DNA of 63,790 nucleotides, filler included, from Chiloscyllium plagiosum (Eukaryota), in assembly GCF_004010195.1 (NCBI RefSeq). It is 3 parts of one record of this genome, joined end to end, with 100 filler letters (N's around TTAATTAATTAA, not from the genome) between each part and the next. Parts side by side here need not be neighbours in the genome. Positions count along the whole stretch, not along the records: positions 1 to 25,741 come from NC_057713.1; positions 25,842 to 54,927 come from NC_057713.1; 1 more part is not named here. One strand, given 5' to 3'. The notes beneath the pieces are model-generated. The model saw nothing but the letters and a program-made list of their open reading frames with translations, ran no database searches and was not told the DNA's origin. The position numbers were made by a program, and so were the translations under genes. Shown piece by piece: positions 24,346-36,248 of the stretch (position 1 is the stretch's first letter; the number at the start of each line of letters is the position of its first letter).

Positions 24346-25477
24346 TATTAAAGAATTCTTGGGAAAATGCCTTGAGAATTCAAGACTTCTACCCTGAGAT
24401 ATTGTGGTTTTGTGCGGTCATGTCATATGTACATGAATAACAATTACTGAACTTACCTTCCACCCCACCTCACATCCCTCCACCCATCAGCTTTAGGAGT
24501 TGCACACCCTAGTCCTAAGGGAGTGTGTGCAACATCTGGAGTTAATTGATGAATGGGGAGGTTAGATGACAAAACAAAACACAGCAGGAATATTAAATGT
24601 TACCCAATAAGAATTTCCATTCCTTATATATTCTCCACAAGTCAAAGTTTTAGTGTATTAAACAGATATTAAATAAATACTAGTGGAACTATAAGAACAG
24701 AGAATTTTTGTTTGGGCTCCGCACTTATAGAATAGCTGAACACAGAGAATACTGTCACTGTCCGATTACTCTCAGTACAGATTTTAATGACACATCATAA
24801 ATAACTTACATAAATCACAAGGGTCAAATTGTTTACTTTAGGACTGCTACCACCCTCATGTATATAAGTGTGTGAACTTGATCAAAAACCCCTTATTTAT
24901 GAAATAAGGTGAGATGATCCAGTTGTATCTGAACCATTTATAAATTTATAAGTGACATATGTTAATAGTCCTTTGAGAAATAAAGCATTATTAATAGTTC
25001 CATGATTTAGAAAGCCAGTGGCAATGCTCCCTCAAACAAAGTTGTTTGCCACTCTCCAATATGTAATTCATAATGTGCAAGGTGGGTGGAATGCGGGGGG
25101 TTGGTGGTGGGGAGCTGTTGACTGTGTTTATCTCTCACTGTTATATTGTGATTCATTTTGTCAGCCTTAACCTGATTAACCGAAATGACTCCAGATTTCA
25201 GATTTCACAAATTGCTCTAACCCACCAGTCGTCATTTAAGCACAGTAAGCATCAAAACAGGAATTTCAAAGTCATTCAATCACTCTTATTGCCCACTCTA
25301 CTGCATTATTTTATAATTCAAAGTGTAGTATCCAACTATAAAAGGACAGTTCACGCATTTAAAAATACACTAATTTCACTTGGCAAAGATAGTAAACAAC
25401 ACAATTATTCTTTTCCTTGTAGTGACATAGTAACATCACCCTAAACAACTGCCACATTTCACATTTTATCAGGAGAC

Positions 25478-25741
25478 TTTTTTTTTATAGATATTTTTAT
25501 TAGAAATTTAACATTTTTACAAGTTTACAAAAATAAACAAAACTCTCAGATATAAACATTGATATACAATTAGCTCAAATATATAATAGCCAAAATTTAA
25601 CAAAAAAAACACAACAACAAAAAAAAACTGAAAAAAATAAAAAAAAATAAACAAAACTCAACTATCTACTAATCTAACCTACAACTAACCAGAGTGTATA
25701 TTTAAGTCTCTTACATGCTCGGGATGTGTTAGCATCAGATA
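25478..25741 (-). mobile_element. Probable L1-clade 3' end with polyA tail, truncated by an assembly gap
   Basis: T-run at 25478-25486 and tttatt (AATAAA on the minus strand) at about 25496; very T-rich 3'UTR on the minus strand. Confidence 0.4.
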
Positions 25742-25841
25742 NNNNNNNNNNNNNNNNNNNNNNNNNNNNNNNNNNNNNNNNNNNNTTAATTAATTAANNN
25801 NNNNNNNNNNNNNNNNNNNNNNNNNNNNNNNNNNNNNNNNN
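25742..25841. other. Assembly gap containing an artificial TTAATTAATTAA spacer
   Basis: N-run, 12-mer, N-run; the same construct occurs at 54928-55027. Confidence 0.95.
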
Positions 25842-26039
25842 GGTGGTGGGGGGACAGCAAGATTTGGTGGTGGGGGGGAGGAAGGTCCAGTTTGACGAGA
25901 CTCCGGATTTTACAATCGGGGGTATTTAAAGGGGAAAGAGTTTCCACAACTTCTCGCCCAGACAAAGAGGGAGGTGGAGGTGAGGGCAGGAGGCCCAGCC
26001 TGACTCAGAGAGGCTCCACCCGGGGGAGGGGGCACTTTC

Positions 26040-26520
26040 ACAACTTGTATCCCCGGGGCCTGTGTCAGGCCTGAGGTTGGGCTTCGTCTCGAGGTGGAGG
26101 AGAGTCGTGAAGCCGCCAGCTGCAGCGACCGCACGCCTGGAAGTTTCTGGAACCACCCGGAACCTTCCAAGGCCCTGGGGCGCTCGCGCAGTTCGAGAGA
26201 CCGCCGGCTCTCCGCCGAAGCTCCGGCCAGAGCAGAGCAGGGCCGCGCCCGCAAAGACCGAAGGCCCCACCGCCAGCCTCGTCCTTTCCTGCTACCTCCA
26301 CATCACCGTCGCCTTACCTCCGGCTGCAGTCCGCCCAGGCTCCACTACAACCTTCATGCCATCAGCGCCTGCCGGCCGGCCCGGGCCCCGAGGGGCGGGA
26401 AGGAGGGGAGGGCTGGATCGGGCAGGGCGGGGGGGGAGGGACAGACTCCAGCCGCCTGCTCCCCGCCCCGGTCACCCCTCCCGCCTCCGCTCAGTGAGAT
26501 CCCAACTGATTGCCCAAGCA
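26040..26520. promoter_or_regulatory. CpG island / probable promoter with GC boxes and G-quadruplex-capable G-runs
   Basis: Dense CpGs in a CpG-depleted window; ggggcggg at about 26392 and gggcgggg at about 26425; consensus donor GAG|gtaagg on the minus strand at 26318/26317. Confidence 0.7.
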
Positions 26521-28030
26521 CTGATCACTTTCCGACCCTTCCTCACACTCTCTCTAACTGATCACCCTCACTAACTGTAACCCTCTCAGTCACTGGTTTA
26601 TTTCTGACTGATCTCTCGTAACTGTTTTCTATCTTATTGATCTCTCTTACTGATCTCTTTCTTACTGATTGCTTTATTACTGATCTCTCTCTACCTGATC
26701 TCTCATTGTGACTGATCTTTGTCTTATTGATTTCTCTTACTGATTTCTATCTCTAACTGATCTTTCTAGCTATCTCCCTCTGAATTACCTCACCCTGTCT
26801 AACTGATCTCTTTCTCTAACTGATCTCAACCCACAGAGAGCCTGTGCAATTCTCTGCCGCAGAAAGCAGTTGAGGCCATAACATTTAATGTTTTCAAAGA
26901 GTTAGATATAGTTCTTCTAGCTATCAGGATCAACGGTGAGGAAATAAATCAGTAATGGAGTACTGTGTGAGATGATCAGCCATGATCCTGTTGAATGACA
27001 GAACAGGCTCCCAGGGCTGATTGGCCTACTCTTCCTCCTATTTTCTATGTTTCTGTCTCTTTCTGATGTCCTTTTAACTGAACCATATATCTCCCACTAT
27101 TTGATCTTTCTGCCCTAACTACCGAATCTCTCCAATGATCTTCCTGAGCTACCTGCTTTTGATCTCTCTCTCTCCTTTGCTACTGATCTCTCTTCTAACT
27201 AGTAAACTCTATTCCTATTAGTATTCCATCTCACTCTCTTACTCATAGCTTCCTTCCTCTCTTTGATTGATCTTCCCCTGCCTTTACCTCTAATTGATCC
27301 CTCTCTCCCTTCCTCTCACTGATTTCTCTGTTTCTCATTCCCTCACCAATCTCTTGTGTATCTCCTCCGTCTTTCTAATCTCCAGCTCTCTCGGACTGCT
27401 GTCCCTCTCTCTCTCACCTAACTCATCTCTCCTCTCTCTCTTATTTACTCTCCCTCTTATTGATGCCTCTCTTCCTGTCACTATCCCACTCTCCCTCTCC
27501 CTGTGTTGCTGATCGTGCTCTCATTACCAGTCTCACTCTTCACGTCTCACTAGTTCTACTGTCTCCATCTCAGTGAGCTCTCTCTTCCTCTTTCAGATCT
27601 CTGTTCCTCCTAGTGATTTCTCATCCCTCACTGATCTGTCTCTCTGCCTCTTATGGACCATTTTCTCTTCCATCCTACTGCTTTTTTGCTTTACTGGTCA
27701 CTCTCTGTCACTGATCTCTCTATCTCTACAATCTCTCTCTCTCACTCTCTCTGTTCCTGATCTGTTTCCCTCCTTCTCTGTGCCTGATTGATTTTGCTCC
27801 CTTCCTGATCAAATCTTATCCTCTCTGATTAATCTGTCTCCCTCATTCTCTGTTCATGATTGATCTGTCCCCCGCCTTTCCAGAAAGATTCTCCCTCTCT
27901 CGTCCTGATCGATCTCTGCCTCCACCCCATTCATCATCAATCTATGTCTCTCCTTCCTGTTTGATCTTTCTCCATATCTTCCATATCAGTCCCTTTCTCC
28001 CTCTGTTCCTGATCTATCCATCTCTCCCCA
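26520..28030. repeat. Pyrimidine-rich degenerate minisatellite built on CTGATCTCT
   Basis: Dozens of (a)ctgatct(ct)n units with strong C/T strand asymmetry; interrupted by a CR1 3' end. Confidence 0.8.
26830..27055 (+). mobile_element. CR1 3' end
   Basis: aattctctgccgcagaaagcagttgaggcc...gatgatcagccatgat...ggcctactcttcctcctattttctatgtttct. Confidence 0.8.
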
Positions 28031-28791
28031 TGTTACTAATGTGAATTTTTTCTCACTGAGGGCCACAAATGCTTGACACTGTCTTGGTGATAAATTAGTG
28101 GAAACAGTAACCAGCGAACCCCAGAAACCGGCCTGAGTGTGGAGTAAAGGAAAAAGGCCCTTCCCAGTTGTCATTTTTAAAAATTAGTTCTGCCACCCAT
28201 TCTTCTTTTCTCTCCCTCCCCTATCTTTGCTGAAAAACTTGAAGATGGGAATATTAAATTCCTAATTCTCCCCTTCTTAGAGCTGGATATTCTACTGCAA
28301 CATTGGAAGCTGACTGAAACTTTTAGCCTGGATAAAGTTCAGAATGTATCTGCTAAGGCACAACATGTCACAGATCACAACATGAGCAAGACTGCATTGT
28401 CAGCAGGATGGGAAGTATTTGATGACTGGGTCACTGATAAACTGAAATGTAGCCTTAATATTTGTAATTTAATTGAGAACTTTAAGACTTCCAAAGCTAT
28501 CACCAGTTAAGCAGTAAGCATAAGTGATTTTGTTTTTCCTTTTTTTCCCTTTTTAATAGTGATAGCTATAGATGATTTCCTCCTTCAGAAGAAATAGGTT
28601 GAACTAAAGCTGTTGCAATGTAACCTGGGTGTGGCTGATGAAATGCATTATAAATAAGTGATGTCCGTTAAGACAAGATCACAATCACAGATTGTAAGGT
28701 GAATGGAGTGCACTGTAAACAGAGTAAAAAGTCGAGAATGTAATGAAAATGGGAAGTCAATACTTTTAACTCTTTTACCGATTTGTGCGTT

Positions 28792-29145
28792 GATGTAGAG
28801 ATGCCAGTGTTGAACTGGGCTGGACAAAGTTATAAACCACACAACACCAGGTTTATTTGAAAGTACAAGCTTTTGGAGCACTGCTCTTTCGTCAGGTAGC
28901 GAGTGTGACTAGCTACGTGATGAAGGAGCAGTGGTCCGAAAGCTTGTACTTCCAAATGAACCTGTTGAACTATAACCTGGATTTGTATGATGTGGAGACG
29001 CCAGTGTTGGACTGAGGTGGACAAGGTTAAAATAAGGTTAAAATCAGACAGCATCAGGCCTTAGTCCAAAAGATTTATTTGCAAGCTTGTACTTTTCAAA
29101 TACACCTGTTGCACTATAACCTGGTGTTGTGTGATTTTTAATTGA
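28792..29145. mobile_element. Penelope-like terminal fragments (family B), two tandem fold-backs
   Basis: gagatgccagtgttgaactggg...cacacaacaccaggtt occurs twice with inverted arms; hammerhead-like cores at 28867-28895(-) and 28917-28945(+). Confidence 0.75.
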
Positions 29146-29384
29146 TTTGTATAACCTTGAGGCAACAAGTGACTCAAAACTAGAAAGCAATAACTAATAT
29201 ATTATTGTAATAATGTTAAATTGTTGGAACAACTAAATTTTTAAAAACTAAAATAAACCAAGTAATTTAACTACATCAGATGCCATCATAATTACACAAA
29301 GGAAAGATGAACACATTTAGTTCTGTGCCATGATATCAACGGGGAGAGGGGGGAGGTTACGGCAAAAAAAAATTAATGTGATAA

Positions 29385-29525
29385 CAGATCATATAGTTGG
29401 GGGTTACAGCCATAACCAGAACTCTGAAACTGTGTTGCCTGCCCAGGATTAAGGATGTCTCCTTGTAGATGGAGTAGAACTCAGAGGAAGAGGGTATGAA
29501 TTCAGTTGTTGATGTCTGCATAGTT
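29385..29525 (+). mobile_element. Old CR1 ORF1 esterase fragment
   Basis: ctgtgttgcctgcccaggattaaggatgtctcc (cf. CCLPGARIKD in the ORF at 39749-40333). Confidence 0.5.
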
Positions 29526-29539
29526 CAAAATAGCAAGAG

Positions 29540-29740
29540 AAGCATATATTTATAAGGTGCCTTTAACATAACAAAACATCCCAACACACTTTAAAAAAGC
29601 ATTATAAAAGAAAGTACAACAATGGTCACATAAGGAGCTATTAGGTCAGATGACCAAAAACTTGAACAAAGTGATTGGTTTTAAAGAGTGACTGAACAAA
29701 GGAAAGCAAAGATATGGAGAGGTAAAGCAATTAAAATTGA
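29540..29740 (-). mobile_element. L2 3' end remnant
   Basis: atttataaggtgcctttaacataacaaaacatccc...ggtcagatgaccaaaaacttg..ggttttaaagag is the reverse complement of an L2 3' terminus. Confidence 0.6.
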
Positions 29741-30279
29741 CAAGATAACCAGGTAGATAGAGGTAGGAAAACAATTCTGCTGTTGGAATTTGAGAAGATA
29801 TTGTATAAATAACATCACAGAACCTCAAATGTATACACACGAATTAACTCAGGGCAAACATTAGATATTTAAATGTCTTAAAATTGGTTTTGGAAGTTGG
29901 GGTCTCAATTTATGTGACACTGGCAGAGTACTGGAGAAAGAAGAAGCTGCACAATTCCAATGTCCTGAAAAATCAAATAGAAAGGACTTTAAACTAAGAA
30001 GGGGCAGAGAGGGTAAATTTAGAAAAGAAAAGTCACAACTGCAGAGCTGAGTAATGGATTGGGTTAAGACAAGCTAATTAAGGGAAAGAGCTGTTCGCTT
30101 ACTTTTCATTTCTTCAGGTAGCCAGTGATAAACATGCTGTTGATTAAAGAATGCATTTGCAGGAACTCACACTCAATATTTGCAAGCTTTGCTAAAAAAT
30201 AACTTGTGCTACTGAAAAGGGAGAAGTATTGTAAATGGTGTAGGTGTCGTGTATCATGAAGAATGAGAATCAAAGTCTG

Positions 30280-30980
30280 CATGGAATAGAACAGTTATCC
30301 AGATTTTCTCCAGATTGGAGGTGTTGGTGAATGATGCGAAAAGAAGGAGAGATGTCTGCAGGAGGTCCTCTAGACATCATGTCAAAGTGCAGTGGAATAT
30401 GAGGAGAAGTTCATTATACTGTATACCACCATTCTCAATGGCATGAGGCCAATTCCACCAATGGAATGTCTGGTAATGAACAACACTATTTTCAACATGA
30501 AGCTGTAAGGACAAAAAGAATTTTCCTCACTGCTGTTAAAGTCACAAGTCACACAACACTAGGTTGTAGTCCAATGGGATTATTTATCCTTTGTCAGGTG
30601 AAATGACTTCACCTGACAAAGGAGCAGTGCTCCAAAAGCTTGTGATTTCAAATAAACCTGTTGGATCATAATGTGGTGTCATGTGACTTCTGAGTTTGCC
30701 CACCCCAGTCCAACACGAACACTTACATGTCATCACAGTTGTTACTCCTTACTGTCTCTAGTTGTGCACCACCTTGCCTTCCAAGAGATAGTGAATTGTA
30801 TACATGAATGGTGTTCAGTCTTTTTGAGTGACATGCCTACAGTAGAATAGAATGCACAAGCTGTGATTTGTAGGTTTGGAACTTGCAATCAAAAAGGACA
30901 ATACCAAGAGTCTACCCCCGAGAACTTATATGCAGGGCAACAACATGTTTAATGACTTTACACGAGCTGTGAAGATTGGA
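30280..30980 (+). mobile_element. Third Harbinger-type Myb/SANT relic, split by insertions
   Basis: About 30300-30400: RFS..LEVLVNDAKRRRDV..RSSRHHVKVQW. About 30905-30975: SLPPRTYMQGNNMFNDFTRAVK (cf. PRTWxQCRKKFNDLTR). Confidence 0.6.
30540..30732 (+). mobile_element. Penelope-like fold-back fragment (family B)
   Basis: ctgacaaaggagcagtgctccaaaagctt (CpG-decayed hammerhead) at 30613-30641; inverted arms aagtcacacaacac / gtgtcatgtgactt. Confidence 0.7.
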
Positions 30981-31839
30981 GAATGCATCTTCAAATGCCT
31001 TATCTTACCAATTGAGCCTTGCACATGAGCTACTGCTCAATCTACTACTTTGCCATCAATAGTCTTTCCACAATGTCTATCACTCAGTCCTCATTCCTAA
31101 CTTATTTTTTCCATAACTAGCAAACTCCACACCCTCATCTTCAAGTTTCCACCAAAACTGCAAAATGTACTGATCCCAACTTCTGGCTTGTCTGCAGTGT
31201 CTATAGACATGCCCACACACTTTTTTAAAGTCGTATGAGTTGAATTAATGTTGGTAGTTAGAGATTCACAGTGTCCTACATTGAACAAAATAGAAGAGAA
31301 ATTTATTGCCGCTTGTATATTTACATGAAAGCTACAGTGAAAGTTTTTCTAAGTCACCCTACCACAATGCCTATATTAATGACAAAAGACACACATAATA
31401 AAGAAAGTAAAATTAAGAGAAAGTTCATCGCAGTTCAGTTAATAGCTTTTAGCTGGAGGAAAGCTGATAGAAATACCAATAAATTAAGGTGGAGACATAA
31501 CAAATAATTACAAAGGCATGTAAAAATTGAACTGGAAGTCATGATGACATTCCTCGACTACCATGTACTGAAAGATCCAATGGATGTTTGTTGTTTCTCA
31601 CTATGAGGTACAAATAATACTTTTACAGGCATTTCAATGTCGAGGCTAAGTTTAAGCTGTTCAGTTACAAACAACAGCATGCTTCCATTTGTGTGTCATT
31701 TGACTGAAGCTAGGATGGATTCTGAGATCTTTACCCTCTCAGGTCATATGCTATGACAGTGACAATATTATGAATATGTCTGCTAAAGGTATGTTACATA
31801 CTGTGAGACATTACACAAATATAGCCTCACAATATGAAG

Positions 31840-32095
31840 TCAGTCATTTAAGATTAAGATATGGATAAATATTTTCATTCAGAGGGTTGTAAATTGTTGC
31901 TGTTCTCTTGCCAAGAGAGCTGTGAATTCTAAGTCATGATTATGTCAAGACTGAAATTCATAGCTTTATTGGCTGTAGGAATCAAGGGATAAGGGAGAAT
32001 AGGACAGGAAAATGGACTTGATAATCCTATTGAATGGCAAAACATGCTCAATGTGCCATTTGACCTACTCCTGCTGCAGTTTCCTTTGTTCTTAC
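31840..32095 (+). mobile_element. Old CR1 3' end
   Basis: catttaagattaagatatggataaatattttcattcagaggg...ggaatcaagggata...gacctactcctgctg. Confidence 0.7.
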
Positions 32096-32483
32096 AGTTC
32101 CCCATGGAAAAGTGACTCTGCAGCTGACCAACCATAATTCCCATGTTTCTGCATATTTACGCACACACACTTCAAATTTGGTTAACTTTCTGTGGGTTTT
32201 TTTATGTTGGTGCCACTATCACTCCTGTGAGGATGTGACTCATCATTTTAACCAGAGAGAAAACTACTGAATGCCTTGAGTCTCTGTCCACCTGGCCCAT
32301 CAATGCTCCAACACTGTACATGGTGAAGCGAACATTGCATCCCAAATTCTTGGTGGCAGCATTTGATCTTTCACTGGACGGTCCATATATACAATGAAGG
32401 TTTGGCTGCAGTGGTCATTCTTGAAGGTAATCTACTCAATGGAAATAAAATGTAAGAGAACACTGTTGCATACTAGAGATAAA

Positions 32484-32798
32484 TCATAGGATCCCTAGAA
32501 TGTGGATACAGGACATTTGGCCCAACAAGTCCACACCAACCCTCCGAAGAGTATCCCACCCAGACCCATTCCCCTAACTAATGCACCTGGACTACACATT
32601 CCTGAACACGATGGGCAATTTAGCATGGCCAATTCACCTAACCTGCACATCTTTGAACTGTGGGAGGAAACCAGTGCACCCCACACAGACACAGGGAGAA
32701 TGTGCAAACTCCACAGAGACAGTCATCCAAGACTGGAATTGAACTTGGGTCGTTGGCACTGTGAGGCAACAGTGATAACTACTGATCCACCATGCCCG
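32484..32798 (-). mobile_element. HE1-type V-SINE
   Basis: Same head, V-domain and tail as 22013-22338. Confidence 0.88.
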
Positions 32799-32894
32799 TT
32801 TCTAAACAGTGTCTAACTCCGCAGTGTTAGTTGAGCACACTCCATAAAACTCACATCCCACTGCCTATTAGCTCCCTGTATTTATGTGAAATCA

Positions 32895-33110
32895 GGAGTA
32901 AAGTTGCTATAGTCTTAACACACTATAGAGTTGCTTTCCTATTAGAGAGAGAGAGAGAGACAGAGAAAGAGAGCTGACTATTTACCATGAACAACTCTCC
33001 TTCTCAATCTCTCCCTTTTCCTGAGGTATGGTAACCCTCAGCTTAAACCACCACCAGTCATCTCTCTCGTATGAATGAGCAGTCCTGTGCTCTCATAAGA
33101 CTATGATGAT
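32895..33110. mobile_element. SINE fragments (family of 40978-41140) in inverted arrangement around a (GA)n tract
   Basis: taaagttgctatagtc.. followed by ccttctcaatctctccc..gaggtatggtaaccctcagcttaaaccaccaccagtc. Confidence 0.45.
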
Positions 33111-34625
33111 GTTTCTTACCTATTGTTTTTAATGTAGCTGAGTATCTACATTATTCCGAATGTGTTCTTTAAAATTTAACTTGCCAATTATTAGGTTTAG
33201 AAATGCTGAATTTCCATTTCGTGGCTCCAAATTGTTTTTATTTCAAACACATGATTTAAAAAAAAAAGACTTTTCAGCTAAGAAAGGTTGTCAACCTCAC
33301 CCTCACAACCTGCTTCTCATTTCTCTCAGCTTACTCACTTGTTCAATTGCCATCTCAGTATCTGCTCAACTTCCTTCTCCTCCTTTACAGGAGCAGACCA
33401 TCCTAATCAGGAGAAAAATGTAAAAGATAAGGTAGGGTGCACCCTGACACAATTGAATATCAATGCAGGAGATGGCATAAGCTAGCAGTTAGGGATGGAG
33501 AGGCAAATGGCTTCTCTGATCAGGGTTACTGTTTATCACAGAGACCTCCCCTTCTCAAGTACCACAAGCAATTTCATGTTCCCATAACTTCTAAATTTCC
33601 ACCAATAACGTCTATTATCGTATACTGCTCAGAGTCTCATTCTTTTCAGATATACACATCTTGTCCATTTTGACGAAATCCTTCTCAGCAGGGAAGATCA
33701 CTTGCAAAAGGTAACTTGGAGAAGGATGTTAGATGAGGAAGCATTCGTCATACTGCTCCTTCTTAAGCACCAGAACTGAGATGGACACTTGGGTAGAAAA
33801 AGGCACGGGTTAAATAGACTTTGACAAAACACACAACAAAAATAAACTCAGCTGGTGCAGGAATTGAATCTACATTGTTGACATTAGTCTGCATCGAAAA
33901 TTAACCATCCAGCCAACTGAGCTAACGAAAATAATAATGGTCCTAATTGTAAAACCTGTTCCTCAATTCAAAAACATAATCTAAACACAAGGTGTAGCTA
34001 TACTGTCTTAAAGATATCTTTAGAACAGTGTTGTTTTTCATTAAAATAATCATTTGACACCAAAAGAACAGCATAATATCTAGTCTAAGATAAACACAGT
34101 TCTTACTTTTCCTGACTTTTTAAATAGCCTTTTTTCATGATAATGGGATCCCAAAAGGGAAAAAAAATAAGAACCATAAATGAGATGTTATCAAGTCACA
34201 TGTGACTCTGAAGCAGATGGCTGCAGACTCTTGTGCTCAGGAGAACAGGGAGCCATTAAACTGGACATAAGTGGCTTGGTTGTGAAATGAAGACGATTCA
34301 TGTATAGGGCTACAGATTCTACAGCTGACACCATCTGAGGAAAAGGCATTAATAGAAACAGTATGAGAAGCAAGGAGCAGCAGAGTGCTAGTGATGAGAG
34401 ATGGCATACGAAGCTCTTGTGACTAGTCGTGAAAGGGTGGTTTCTAAATTACTAGTTCTATTGTATATAAGGCTGGCGAAGGGTTGTGGCAGTTGCAGTG
34501 TAAAAGACAGAAAAGAAGAAGTTGCACTCAGTTTTTGCATCTTGTGATAGCATAGAATTAATTGTTAGAAGAAAGACTTTCTTAAGTTCTCATTAACGAG
34601 TTAGCTAGCCCATCAAATCTTTCAG

Positions 34626-35441
34626 GGTAAAAACAAGGACTGCAGATGCTGGAAATCAAAGTCTAGATTAAAGTGGTGCTGGAAAAGCACAGCAGGTCAG
34701 TGGAGTGGATAGGTAGAAAGGAAGATAGGCAGGTAGGGCAGGTCATGAGGGCGGTGCTGAGCTGGAAGGCTGAAGCTGGGGTGAGGTGAGGGAAGGAGAA
34801 ATGAGGAAACTGGTGAAATCCATATTGATTCCATGGGGTTGAAGTGTTCCGAGGCGGAAGATGAGTCGTTCTTCCTCCAGGTGTCGGGTGGTGAGAGAGC
34901 GGCGGTGGTGGAGGCCCAGGATCTACATGTCCTCGACAGAGTGGGAGGGGAGTTGAGATGTTGGGCCATAGGGCGGTGGGGTTGATTGGTACGGGTGTTC
35001 CAGAGATGTTCCCTAAAGCGCTCTGCTTGGAGGCATCCAGTCTCACCAATGTAGAGGAGATTGCATCGGGAGCAACAGATACAATAAATGATATTGGTGG
35101 ATGTGCAGGTGAAACTTTGATGGATGTGGAAGGCTCCTTTGGGGCCTTGGGTGGAGGTGAGGGAAGACGTGTGGGCGCAGGTTTTGCAATTCCTGTGGTG
35201 GCAGGCGAGGGTGCCAGGAAGGGAGGGTGGGCTGTTGGGGGGTGTGGACCTGACCAGATAGTCACGGAGGGAATGGTCTTTGCAGAAAGCGGAAATGCGT
35301 AGGGAGGGAAATATATCCCTGGTGGTGAGGTCCGTTTGGAGGTGGCGGAAATGTCGTCGGATGATATGGTTTATGCGACGGTTGGTAGGGTGGAAGGTGA
35401 GCACCGGGGGGGTTCTATCCTTGTTATGGTTGGAGAGGTGG
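34626..35441 (-). mobile_element. Penelope-like element 3' part (GIY-YIG endonuclease)
   Basis: ORF 34697-35404: LTFHPTNRRINHIIRRHFRHLQ..CHHRNCKTC..FTCTSTNIIYCICCSRCNLLYIGET..ERFREH. 12-bp TSD caaatctttcag (34614-34625 and 35442-35453). The hammerhead segment of the terminal repeat is deleted. Confidence 0.93.
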
Positions 35442-35959
35442 CAAATCTTTCAGTTCTTCTCAAGCTCAACAGGTTCACTTTGTGCCCTATTTTCTGAAAT
35501 TTTCTACCATATGTCAACTTGTGATTGAAGATATTTCAGGAATCTCCAGATGCATTTGCATTGAATGAAGTTCATAATGAAGAGCTGAGAGGCAACAAAT
35601 TTAAAAGGGAATTTATGTCTTTTAGATTTTGTGGACATTTTCTCTGATATTAACATTTCTTGACAGGTTAGGCATTAAAAGGTACTATTTTCCTAACCCT
35701 GCTCTTGCACTAAAGAATCCAGCAAGATATTTGACCCCTTCATCAAGTGTGATATTTCAGTCAATTGGAATTTATAATATTACCACTTTTGCTACTTTTC
35801 AAAATTCTTTTAAATTTCATCAGAACCTTCAGTCAATTGTCCTGCATCCATACCTCTTATCGTCTCTTCCTTGGTGTCTTTGTTTTTCTTTCTCTCACTA
35901 ATTTCTTCGAATTTCTTCCTTAAAGCTCTTTCTCAGTTGTTCCAGCTCAATGTGGCTGC

Positions 35960-36248
35960 ACGATTATTTTCTCCATCGGAGTAACCTATGGTTGAGGTCA
36001 ATAACAGAAATTGCCAACACCTCAAACTGAGTATCTTGAGAACAATAGCTTGATGGTTAGATTCTCTTTCATTGGAGATGGTCATTGCTTTGTACTTGTA
36101 TGGCTTGAATGTTATTACCATTTATCAATGGGGATGTTGTCTGTTTCAGTATATGAAGTGCTTTAGATAGTGTTGAACATTGTGCAACCATCAGCAAACA
36201 ACCCTACTTCTGATATTATGACAGATGGAAGGTAATTCCTTAAGCAGA
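35960..36248 (-). mobile_element. Second CR1/L2-group LINE fragment
   Basis: MVITFKPYKYKAMTISNERESNH..; cctacttctgatattatgacagatggaagg. Confidence 0.65.

Noticed and set aside
24499..24533. Hairpin GTTGCACAC...GTGTGCAAC as a possible miRNA
   Set aside because: Only 9 perfect base pairs in 35 nt; too short for a pre-miRNA and plausible by chance in 64 kb.
25786..25797. Perfect palindrome TTAATTAATTAA isolated within N-runs (also at 54972-54983)
   Set aside because: An identical 100-base construct occurs at both gaps and places stops in all six frames, so it is an artificial scaffolding spacer.
25892..26574. Cluster of 114-170 aa ORFs on both strands
   Set aside because: Pro/Arg/Gly/Ala-rich ORFs are expected from stop-codon scarcity in a GC-rich island; no domain is recognisable.
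27294..28044. Leu/Ser-rich ORFs resembling membrane proteins
   Set aside because: They are translations of the CT-rich minisatellite.
32150..32450. Possible Harbinger transposase remnant on the minus strand
   Set aside because: The resemblance is too faint to support without a profile search.
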